Source: Bacteroidia bacterium (lineage in GTDB: Bacteria > Bacteroidota > Bacteroidia > NS11-12g > UBA9320). From it: a stretch of DNA of 64,000 nucleotides. The number at the start of each line of letters is the position of its first letter. Position 1 is the stretch's first letter. Positions 29,513-38,636 of the stretch are shown here, one piece after another. A program made the translations under genes and the position numbers. The DNA lies in the NCBI GenBank assembly GCA_965216465.1, contig CBDCFW010000001.1:32001-96000 (forward strand). Direction: 5' to 3'. The notes beneath the pieces are model-generated. The model searched no databases. It worked only from the letters and a program-made list of their open reading frames with translations, and had not been told where the DNA came from.

Positions 29513-31414
29513 ATGAAAAAACTATTTATAATCGCTCTATTCTTACCGTTAATGGGACTAGGGCAAAATTCGTTGCTCTATGAAGTAAAAAAGCCCGGCA
29601 CGAACAATGTTAGCTACCTGTTTGGAACTATGCATGTACAAGATGAGCGTGCGTTTCATTTCAATGACAGTGTGGTTTGGGCTATCGATCAATGCGACAA
29701 AGCAGCGTTTGAGCTGGACTTAAGTGTTGAAGCACTTAAAGAATTTGATATGGATGTACTGATGGAAGCAGTTGATACGGGATTCATCCGTAGCCTTGCA
29801 GAGTATATTCAACAAGACTTTATTCCAAAATTGGTAGATCAAGTTCCTGCGGATGATTTAGCACAAAAAATTACTTCCGACATTATTCCAGCTTACATGA
29901 ATTTGGTAATGGAAATGTACAACCGAGATAACCGAACAGACTTTGTAGATGCCTATTTACAAAACTATGCATCGAGTCAAGGCAAAGAGATTATTGGGAT
30001 TGAAACCCTACAAGAACAGCTTATTGCACTTCTAGGAGAAACAAAAAATATAGATTTATCAAAGCGTGATTACAGCAATATTATCATCAAGCAATTGAAC
30101 AAAGACGACTGGAAATTCAATTTCTTGCAGTCGCTTAGCGCCAATGATGAAATGATTGAGATTTACGCCAAACATGATTTAGAAGGTCTGATGAGCTATA
30201 TCGACAAATACAGAAAAGAAGGAGGTGTATTTATTGATAGATTCTACAAGAGACTCTTAGACGATCGAAATGATTTAATGTTCGAACGAACTAAAGACGA
30301 TTTAGCAAACGGCGGCATGTTTATAGCTGTTGGAGCGGGTCACCTTGGCGGTAAAAGCGGTTTAATCAACCAATTTGAAGATGCTGGATACAGTATTCGT
30401 CCTATTAACGTATCAACTCCATTCAGAAGAGAAACAAACTGGACTACCCGTGATTTTGAAGGATATAGCGTAGATCTACCAGAAGGTATTGAGTTGAGTA
30501 GTATTTCAATGAATAGTATTTACATGGGTAGAGTTGAGCAAGAAATGAATGCGAACATCCACTATACTGGATTGGGCAAAGCATCTTTTGACATTTCAGA
30601 AAGACCGAACCATGGTGATGAAGCTGTAGAAGAGGCTTTTGATATGCAGGCGTTTTTAGAGGCCATGGGTGATATGCAAGAATCTCAAACTGAAGAAGCA
30701 GTAGAATACTATGAAGAAATAGACGAAGCTGAAGCCATAGAAGAGGGTGATTATGATGCGGTGCCTGAACAAATAGATATTGAAGAAGATGTGGTGTATG
30801 AAATAGTGGATGACAATATTGAAATTGATGAGATTGAAGAAGTCACTCCTCCCACAGAAGTGTACATTGAAGCTGATTACGACGAGCTCATTGAATACAG
30901 TGATGAATATGCAGTTGAAGAAGCAGTCGAAGAAGCAGCAGGAGACGCTATCGAGTATGCGGGTGAGGATGTTGAAGTTACTGATGATGGCAGCTATTAC
31001 TATGAAGAAAGTCATGATCATGATGAGGATTATTCATATGAGGAAACCTACGATTACGAAGAGTCGGAGCCTAACCCATTCTCACGACAAAGTTTTATGT
31101 CGGCTTTAACTGAAGAGCAAGAGCAGTATTTTGAGACTGTAGGCACAGCGGTTGAAAGTCATTTCAAAGAAAGCATGAGTCAATACATGTCTACCCTAAT
31201 GGCTGACATGATGGGTGGAACTAAAGATACGCTGTATTACAACATCAATGGAGAAGAAACCATGGCAATCTTAACTAAGTCAATGTTAAATCAGTCGCTA
31301 CAAGCTGAAGTTGTTACTGAAGAAACCATTTATACACTAACGGTAAATGGTGATCCAAGCTTACTTAAATCTGATGAGATTGAGCAATTCTTCACTAGTT
31401 TTAAATTGAAATAA
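29513..31414 (+). CDS. TraB/GumN family protein with a C-terminal extension containing an acidic insert
   Basis: SYLFGTMH, GIETLQEQL, RN..M, FIAVGAGHLGG..GLI. Confidence 0.85.
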   Translation: MKKLFIIALFLPLMGLGQNSLLYEVKKPGTNNVSYLFGTMHVQDERAFHFNDSVVWAIDQCDKAAFELDLSVEALKEFDMDVLMEAVDTGFIRSLAEYIQQDFIPKLVDQVPADDLAQKITSDIIPAYMNLVMEMYNRDNRTDFVDAYLQNYASSQGKEIIGIETLQEQLIALLGETKNIDLSKRDYSNIIIKQLNKDDWKFNFLQSLSANDEMIEIYAKHDLEGLMSYIDKYRKEGGVFIDRFYKRLLDDRNDLMFERTKDDLANGGMFIAVGAGHLGGKSGLINQFEDAGYSIRPINVSTPFRRETNWTTRDFEGYSVDLPEGIELSSISMNSIYMGRVEQEMNANIHYTGLGKASFDISERPNHGDEAVEEAFDMQAFLEAMGDMQESQTEEAVEYYEEIDEAEAIEEGDYDAVPEQIDIEEDVVYEIVDDNIEIDEIEEVTPPTEVYIEADYDELIEYSDEYAVEEAVEEAAGDAIEYAGEDVEVTDDGSYYYEESHDHDEDYSYEETYDYEESEPNPFSRQSFMSALTEEQEQYFETVGTAVESHFKESMSQYMSTLMADMMGGTKDTLYYNINGEETMAILTKSMLNQSLQAEVVTEETIYTLTVNGDPSLLKSDEIEQFFTSFKLK

Positions 31415-31430
31415 AGTTCTAATAGCAAAT

Positions 31431-31466
31431 AAAAAAAAGGGTCCTGAAATATCAGGACCCTTTTTT
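31431..31466. terminator. Bidirectional intrinsic terminator
   Basis: A8-GGGTCCTGA-AATA-TCAGGACCC-T6 between convergent genes. Confidence 0.9.
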
Positions 31467-31478
31467 ATACCTCTAGAT

Positions 31479-34400
31479 TTATCGTAAAACAGTGACCGTT
31501 CCTTTTAATGTAATTGGTCGTTCTGTCTTTTGATCTACATAATGCACTATCCAAACATAAACATCTTGTTGAACAGCTTTTCCTTGATAATATCCATCCC
31601 ATTTGATTTCAGGATCATTTGAAACGAATAATCTCTCTCCCCATCTGTTAAATATCTTGAATTCGTAGTTTCTCATATCACATTCGTGAACAGGAGCAAA
31701 CGATTCATTTAACCCATCGTAGTCTAAACTGAATGCAGAAGGAACAAATACCTCACACGCAGTACATTTTAAGTCTATGATGTTAATCTCATCTCGAGCC
31801 ACACATCCTTTTTCGTCAATGATGTCTACAGTATAGCGGCCAAAGTTCTTTGTAGTCAGGCTTGTGCTGGTGCTACCGTTGTTCCATCTAACCTCGCTTA
31901 CATCAGCAGGAAGATCTAAATCGATATGGGCTACATCTCCAGCACATTTGGTGATATCACCATACGGCTCAATATCTACAGTGCTGATGTTTAACATAGT
32001 AGTAATTGTACTATCGCATCCTGCACGGTTTCTAAGTAGAGATGTATAGGTTCCTTGTGACGACACTCTTCTACCATCTGGCAGTGTGAATGACTCACCT
32101 AGACAAACTTCAGCTTGCTCAATCATATGCGAAGGCAACAATGGAATATATGTCGTGGTGTGAATAGAGTCACATCCTGTAACAGAGATAAAGTATGCAA
32201 CTTCAGAATGCTCTGACCCTGTTCTATCCCCTTGTGTCACTGTTGAATCACAGAAATAAATTGTTTCTGAAGTATTCTGCGTGTTGGTAATGATAATTGA
32301 TGCAATCACTGTAGAATCACAACCAGTAGACCCAACAATTGTAGTTTCAACCAATGCTGATCTTCTGTAAACATTACCTTGGTATTCAAAACTGTCACAA
32401 TTGGTAATCGTTACATAAGTTGTAGCAGTGTAATTGATGGTTAAATCAGTATACACAATACTATCACAGCCTGTTGAAGTAGTTAATACATCAGTAATCA
32501 ATTGACTAGTATAATACCAGTTACCGTTGACATTCATGCTGTCGCAAGTAGTAATTGACTGATTTGTGATTGCTGAGTTATTAATCGTTAAATCTGTGTA
32601 TACTACACTATCACAACCTGCTACAGTAGTAAAGTTATCTGTAATTAACTGACTAGCGTAATACCAGTTTCCATTCACATTTGCACTATCACATGCTGTT
32701 ATTGAATGGTTGGTAGTTGCTGAGTTGTTGATCGTTAAATTAGTATATACAATGCTATCGCAGCCTTCAGCAGTTGTGAAGTTATCCGTCACCACCTGAC
32801 TTGTGAAGTACCAGTTTCCATTTACCTCAAGACTATCGCAGCCAGTGTAAGTAAATGTCGTACTCGCAGAGTAGTTGATGGTAAGATCTGTATATACAGT
32901 ACTGTCACATCCTGATCCAGTTGTAAAGTTATCTGTAATTAACTGACTAGCGTAATACCAGTTACCATTCACGTTCGCACTATCACATGCGGTTATTGAT
33001 TGGTTGGTAGTAGCTGAGTTATTGATTGTTAAATCAGTGTAAACAATGCTATCACATCCTTCAGTAGTAGTAAAGTTATCTGTAATTAACTGACTAGCGT
33101 AATACCAAGTTCCATTCACGTTCGCACTATCACATGCGGTTATTGATTGGTTGGTAGTAGCTGAGTTATTGATAGTTAAATCAGTATAAACAATACTATC
33201 ACATCCTTCAGTAGTAGTAAAGTTATCTGTAATTAACTGACTAGCATAATACCAGTTACCATTCACATTTGCACTATCACATGCTGTTATAGCTTGGTTG
33301 GTAGTAGCTGAGTTATTGATAATTAAATCAGTGTAAACGATGCTATCACAACCAAGAGCTGTAGTAAAGTTATCTGTAATTAACTGACTAGCGTAATACC
33401 AGTTACCATTCACGTTCGCACTATCACATGCGGTTATTGATTGGTTGGTAGTAGCTGAGTTATTGATTGTTAAATCAGTGTAAACAATGCTATCACATCC
33501 TTCAGTAGTAGTAAAGTTATCTGTAATTAACTGACTAGCATAATACCAAGTTCCATTCACGTTTGCACTATCACATGCGGTTATTGATTGGTTGGTAGTA
33601 GCCATATAGTTAATGGTCAAATCCGTATAAACAATACTATCACAACCAAGAGCTGTAGTAAAGTTATCTGTAATTAATTGACTAGCGTAATACCAGTTAC
33701 CATTCACGTTCGCACTATCACATGCGGTTATTGATTGGTTGGTAGTAGCTGAGTTGTTGATTGTTAAATCAGTATATACAATGCTATCACAGCCTTCAGT
33801 AGTAGTAAAGTTATCTGTAATTAACTGACTAGCATAATACCAAGTTCCATTCACGTTTGCACTATCACATGCGGTTATTGATTGGTTGGTAGTTGCTGAG
33901 TTGTTGATTGTTAGATCAGTGTATACGATGCTATCACAACCAAGAGCTGTACTAAAGTTTTCTGTAATTAACTGACTAGCGTAATACCAGTTACCATTCA
34001 CGTTTGCACTATCACATGCTGTTATTGATTGGTTGGTAGTTGCTGAGTTATTGATTGTTAAATCAGTGTATACGATGCTATCACAGCCTTCTGTAGTAGT
34101 AAAGTTATCTGTAATTAACTGACTAGCGAAATACCAAGTTCCATTCACATTTGCACTATCACATGCGGTAATTGATTGGTTGGTAGTAGCCAAATAGTTA
34201 ATGGTCAAATCAGTATAAACAATACTATCACAACCAAGTGCAGTAGTAAAGCTGTCTGTAACCAATTGACTAGCATAGTACCAGTTACCGTTTACGTTCA
34301 TGCTATCACACGCAGTAAACGCCTGGTTAGTTGTAGCCATATAGTTGATGGTCAAATCCGTATAAACAATACTATCACATCCTAATGTAGTAGTGAAGCT

Positions 34401-37400
34401 GTCTGTAACCAATTGGCTAGTGTAGTACCAGTTACCATTTACGTTCATGCTATCACACGCAGTAAACGCTTGGTTGGTTGTAGCCATATAGTTGATGGTA
34501 AGATCTGTGTATACAATACTATCACATCCTAAGGTCGTAGTAAAGCTATCTGTCACCAATTGACTAGCATAGTACCAGTTACCGTTTACGTTCATGCTAT
34601 CACATGCTGTAAAGGCTTGGTTGGTAGTAGCCATATAGTTAATGGTCAAATCCGTATAAACAATACTATCACATCCAAGTGCAGTAGTAAAGCTGTCTGT
34701 AACCAGTTGGCTCGCATAGTACCAGTTTCCGTTTACATTCATGCTATCACAAGCAGTAAACGCTTGGTTTGTTGTAGCCATGTAGTTAATGGTCAAATCC
34801 GTATAAACAATACTATCGCAGCCTAATGTCGTAGTAAAGCTATCAGTAACCATTTGGCTAGTGAAGTACCAGTTTCCGTTTACATTCATGCTATCACATG
34901 CTGTGAACGCTTGGTTGGTAGTAGCCATATAGTTAATCGTCAAATCAGTATATACAATACTATCGCAGCCTAATGTCGTAGTAAAGCTATCTGTAATTAA
35001 CTGACTAGCGAAATACCAAGTTCCATTCACATTCATGCTATCACAAGCAGTAAACGCCTGGTTGGTTGTAGCCATATAGTTGATTGTAAGATCTGTGTAT
35101 ACAATACTATCACATCCAAGTGCAGTAGTAAAGCTGTCTGTAACCAATTGACTAGCATAGTACCAGTTACCGTTTACGTTCATGCTATCACAAGCTGTAA
35201 AAGCTTGGTTGGTAGTAGCCATATAGTTAATGGTCAAATCAGTATATACGATACTATCACAACCAAGTGCAGTTGTGAAGCTATCTGTAACCATTTGACT
35301 AGCATAGTACCAGTTACCGTTTACGTTCATGCTATCGCATGCAGTAAACGCTTGGTTAGTAGTAGCCATGTAGTTAATGGTCAAATCAGTATATACGATA
35401 CTATCGCAACCTAATGCCGTAGTAAAGCTATCAGTTACCATTTGGCTTGTATAGTACCAGTTACCGTTTACGTTCATGCTATCACACGCAGTAAAGGCTT
35501 GGTTAGTAGTAGCCATATAGTTAATGGTCAAATCAGTATAAACAATGCTATCACATCCTAAGGTCGTAGTAAAGCTATCTGTCACCAATTGACTCGCATA
35601 GTACCAGTTACCGTTTACGTTCATGCTATCACATGCTGTAAAGGCTTGGTTGGTTGTAGCCATGTAGTTGATTGTAAGATCTGTGTATACAATACTATCA
35701 CATCCTAATGTCGTAGTAAAGCTATCTGTAACCATTTGGCTCGCATAGTACCAGTTACCGTTTACGTTCATGCTATCACATGCAGTAAAGGCTTGGTTAG
35801 TTGTAGCCATATAGTTAATGGTCAAATCCGTATATACAATGCTATCACATCCTAAGGTCGTAGTAAAGCTATCTGTCACCAATTGACTCGCATAGTACCA
35901 GTTACCGTTTACGTTCATGCTATCACATGCTGTAAAGGCTTGGTTGGTAGTAGCCATATAGTTAATGGTCAAATCCGTATAAACAATACTATCACATCCA
36001 AGTGCAGTAGTAAAGCTATCTGTCACCAATTGACTAGTGTAGTACCAGTTACCATTTACGTTCATGCTATCACACGCAGTAAACGCTTGGTTGGTTGTAG
36101 CCATATAGTTAATGGTCAAATCCGTATATACAATACTATCACATCCAAGTGCAGTTGTAAAGCTGTCTGTAACCAGTTGACTAGCATAGTACCAGTTACC
36201 GTTTACATTCATGCTATCACATGCAGTAAAAGCTTGGTTAGTAGTAGCCATATAGTTAATGGTAAGATCAGTATATACAATACTATCACAACCTAATGTC
36301 GTAGTGAAGCTGTCTGTAACCATTTGGCTCGCATAGTACCAGTTACCGTTTACGTTCATGCTATCACATGCTGTAAAGGCTTGGTTGGTAGTAGCCATAT
36401 AGTTAATGGTCAAATCCGTATAAACAATACTATCACATCCAAGTGCAGTAGTAAAGCTATCTGTCACCAATTGACTAGTGTAGTACCAGTTACCATTTAC
36501 GTTCATGCTATCACACGCAGTAAACGCTTGGTTGGTAGAGGCCATATAGTTAATGGTCAAATCAGTATAAACAATACTATCACATCCAAGAGAAGTAGTC
36601 AGACTATCAGTCACCAGTTGACTCGCATAGTACCAGTTACCATTTACATTCATGCTATCACAAGCTGTAAAGGCTTGGTTGGTTGTAGCCATGTAGTTAA
36701 TGGTAAGATCAGTATATACAATACTATCGCAACCTAATGCTGTAGTAAAGCTGTCTGTAACCAGTTGACTTGCATAGTACCAGTTACCGTTTACGTTCAT
36801 GCTATCACACGCAGTAAACGCTTGGTTGGTAGTAGCCATGTAGTTAATGGTTAAATCAGTGTACACAATGCTATCACATCCTAATGTTGTAGTAAAGCTA
36901 TCCGTAACCAGTTGGCTAGCATAGTACCAGTTACCGTTTACGTTCATGCTATCACACGCTGTAAACGCCTGGTTGGTAGTTGCCATGTAGTTGATGGTTA
37001 AATCAGTATATACAATACTATCACAACCTAATGCTGTAGTAAAGCTGTCTGTTACCAGTTGACTTGCATAGTACCAGTTACCGTTTACGTTCATGCTATC
37101 ACACGCAGTAAACGCTTGGTTGGTAGTAGCCATGTAGTTAATGGTTAAATCAGTGTACACAATGCTATCACATCCAAGAGCCGTTGTCAAACTATCCGTT
37201 ACCAACTGACTCGTGTAGTACCAGTTACCATTAACGTTCATGCTATCACAAGAGGTTAATGCCTGATTGGTAGTAGTCATGTAATTGATCGTAAGATCTG
37301 TAATCTCAACACTATCGCAGCCATGTATCGTATTAAAACTGTCAGTAACCGTTTGACTGGTATAATACCAAGTTCCATTAACTAAAGCACTATCACAAGC

Positions 37401-38468
37401 CGTTACTGTGTAGTTAATAATTGGTGAAGGATATACAACCAACGACATCAATACCACAGAGTCACAACCCAAAGTGGTCGTGAAACTATCGATAACTAAG
37501 GTATCTGATTGGTAGTATGTAATTCCGTTATAAGTTAGGGAATCACAGGCTGATTGATTAAAATAAGTTTCTTTGGCGGGATTAACCGTTAAATAATGTG
37601 TGACGACCGAGTCGCACCCATCCACAGTTGTAAGTGTATCTTGATAAACACCTGATGTTGTAGGCATGGTACCATCAGCAAGTGTAAAACCGTCATTTGA
37701 ACAAACGGTAGTGTAAGTTGTATCCACAACTCTGTTTACATAAACTCTAATTGATTTACATAACGAGCTTACATTATTTGTACAAATTGTATCAATTAAG
37801 TTACCACAAACTTCGTAGTCAATATATGCAGGAGCAGTTGAGTCTGGTGTTACATAAACTGTATCGCAGCCCAATGTACAGTTCAGGAATGTATCATATC
37901 TACCATCTACAGAGGTAACATCCTTCCAAACTAATGATGTATCAACAAAGTATCCTAAAGTTCCAATCTCTACACTACACCCAAGATTAACAACAACCGA
38001 ATCAGGGATAATACTTTTAGGAATTGACGTAATTCTGTATCCATTGGTATTATTACCTGGCTTACAGAATGTTAAAATGTGAGGTCCTGGTCCTGTTAAA
38101 CACACGTATTCACCAACTGCTTTTTGCACTCCACAACCAATTTGGTAGTAAAGGGCACCTGGAGGAATAGCACCAGAAGAAATCTCAAATTTCAGACCAG
38201 CTGAGTTCGAATCGAGTGTTACATAAGCTACAATACATTTGTCTGGATTTGTAGCACCACAACATAATCCATTACGTTGCAATGGAGCAATGTCATAATA
38301 GCCAGCTGGGTTACCAGTCAAGTCGATTGTAAAACTTGGTGTGTTGGCGGTACATGGACTCGTTTGTGCAGTCACAAGACTATTTCCGGCAAAAAGAATA
38401 ATGCCAAAAAACAATACGTAGCGTACAAGCCAATTTGATTTAAGTGTAGTAGTCGCGTTGTTCATCAT
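31479..38468 (-). CDS. Giant repeat adhesin-like protein with a T9SS type B (gliding motility-associated) C-terminal domain
   Basis: Signal peptide; Cys-rich N-terminal domain; 49-aa repeats; C-terminal FVPSAFS..DGLNESF…IFNRWGE…WDGYYQG…YVW…KGTVTVLR. Confidence 0.9.
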   Translation of the reverse strand: MMNNATTTLKSNWLVRYVLFFGIILFAGNSLVTAQTSPCTANTPSFTIDLTGNPAGYYDIAPLQRNGLCCGATNPDKCIVAYVTLDSNSAGLKFEISSGAIPPGALYYQIGCGVQKAVGEYVCLTGPGPHILTFCKPGNNTNGYRITSIPKSIIPDSVVVNLGCSVEIGTLGYFVDTSLVWKDVTSVDGRYDTFLNCTLGCDTVYVTPDSTAPAYIDYEVCGNLIDTICTNNVSSLCKSIRVYVNRVVDTTYTTVCSNDGFTLADGTMPTTSGVYQDTLTTVDGCDSVVTHYLTVNPAKETYFNQSACDSLTYNGITYYQSDTLVIDSFTTTLGCDSVVLMSLVVYPSPIINYTVTACDSALVNGTWYYTSQTVTDSFNTIHGCDSVEITDLTINYMTTTNQALTSCDSMNVNGNWYYTSQLVTDSLTTALGCDSIVYTDLTINYMATTNQAFTACDSMNVNGNWYYASQLVTDSFTTALGCDSIVYTDLTINYMATTNQAFTACDSMNVNGNWYYASQLVTDSFTTTLGCDSIVYTDLTINYMATTNQAFTACDSMNVNGNWYYASQLVTDSFTTALGCDSIVYTDLTINYMATTNQAFTACDSMNVNGNWYYASQLVTDSLTTSLGCDSIVYTDLTINYMASTNQAFTACDSMNVNGNWYYTSQLVTDSFTTALGCDSIVYTDLTINYMATTNQAFTACDSMNVNGNWYYASQMVTDSFTTTLGCDSIVYTDLTINYMATTNQAFTACDSMNVNGNWYYASQLVTDSFTTALGCDSIVYTDLTINYMATTNQAFTACDSMNVNGNWYYTSQLVTDSFTTALGCDSIVYTDLTINYMATTNQAFTACDSMNVNGNWYYASQLVTDSFTTTLGCDSIVYTDLTINYMATTNQAFTACDSMNVNGNWYYASQMVTDSFTTTLGCDSIVYTDLTINYMATTNQAFTACDSMNVNGNWYYASQLVTDSFTTTLGCDSIVYTDLTINYMATTNQAFTACDSMNVNGNWYYTSQMVTDSFTTALGCDSIVYTDLTINYMATTNQAFTACDSMNVNGNWYYASQMVTDSFTTALGCDSIVYTDLTINYMATTNQAFTACDSMNVNGNWYYASQLVTDSFTTALGCDSIVYTDLTINYMATTNQAFTACDSMNVNGTWYFASQLITDSFTTTLGCDSIVYTDLTINYMATTNQAFTACDSMNVNGNWYFTSQMVTDSFTTTLGCDSIVYTDLTINYMATTNQAFTACDSMNVNGNWYYASQLVTDSFTTALGCDSIVYTDLTINYMATTNQAFTACDSMNVNGNWYYASQLVTDSFTTTLGCDSIVYTDLTINYMATTNQAFTACDSMNVNGNWYYTSQLVTDSFTTTLGCDSIVYTDLTINYMATTNQAFTACDSMNVNGNWYYASQLVTDSFTTALGCDSIVYTDLTINYLATTNQSITACDSANVNGTWYFASQLITDNFTTTEGCDSIVYTDLTINNSATTNQSITACDSANVNGNWYYASQLITENFSTALGCDSIVYTDLTINNSATTNQSITACDSANVNGTWYYASQLITDNFTTTEGCDSIVYTDLTINNSATTNQSITACDSANVNGNWYYASQLITDNFTTALGCDSIVYTDLTINYMATTNQSITACDSANVNGTWYYASQLITDNFTTTEGCDSIVYTDLTINNSATTNQSITACDSANVNGNWYYASQLITDNFTTALGCDSIVYTDLIINNSATTNQAITACDSANVNGNWYYASQLITDNFTTTEGCDSIVYTDLTINNSATTNQSITACDSANVNGTWYYASQLITDNFTTTEGCDSIVYTDLTINNSATTNQSITACDSANVNGNWYYASQLITDNFTTGSGCDSTVYTDLTINYSASTTFTYTGCDSLEVNGNWYFTSQVVTDNFTTAEGCDSIVYTNLTINNSATTNHSITACDSANVNGNWYYASQLITDNFTTVAGCDSVVYTDLTINNSAITNQSITTCDSMNVNGNWYYTSQLITDVLTTSTGCDSIVYTDLTINYTATTYVTITNCDSFEYQGNVYRRSALVETTIVGSTGCDSTVIASIIITNTQNTSETIYFCDSTVTQGDRTGSEHSEVAYFISVTGCDSIHTTTYIPLLPSHMIEQAEVCLGESFTLPDGRRVSSQGTYTSLLRNRAGCDSTITTMLNISTVDIEPYGDITKCAGDVAHIDLDLPADVSEVRWNNGSTSTSLTTKNFGRYTVDIIDEKGCVARDEINIIDLKCTACEVFVPSAFSLDYDGLNESFAPVHECDMRNYEFKIFNRWGERLFVSNDPEIKWDGYYQGKAVQQDVYVWIVHYVDQKTERPITLKGTVTVLR
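32430..37420 (-). repeat. 147-bp (49-aa) tandem coding repeat, 34 core copies in two sub-families
   Basis: The TACCA (Trp-Tyr) anchor recurs every 147 bp from 32515 to 37366 (33 intervals). Confidence 0.95.
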
Positions 38469-38582
38469 AAGTCTGCCGAAGCAGTTTAATTGTAGTAGTA
38501 AGTAGTTTGAGTATATAGCTATACTCGATACAAATATTACATATTATTAATGAATATGCAAATAAATTGCACTAACAGGCAC

Positions 38583-38612
38583 AAAAAAAGGCCCTCAAAC
38601 AGGGCCTTTTTT
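38583..38612 (-). terminator. Intrinsic terminator downstream of htpG
   Basis: A7-GGCCCT-CAAAC-AGGGCC-T6. Confidence 0.85.
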
Positions 38613-38636
38613 AATAATTTTTATTATTATATAGTG

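Noticed and set aside
34176-36737. Repeated + strand ORFs (MTSIVPVTVYVHAIT…)
   Set aside because: They are antisense shadows of the adhesin repeats.
32430-37420. Long repeat array as a CRISPR array or satellite
   Set aside because: Units are contiguous 147-bp in-frame coding repeats with no unique spacers, variation is mostly synonymous, and there are no cas genes.
31479-38468. Diversity-generating retroelement template/variable repeat pair
   Set aside because: There is no reverse transcriptase in the window, and differences between copies are at third codon positions rather than adenine-specific.
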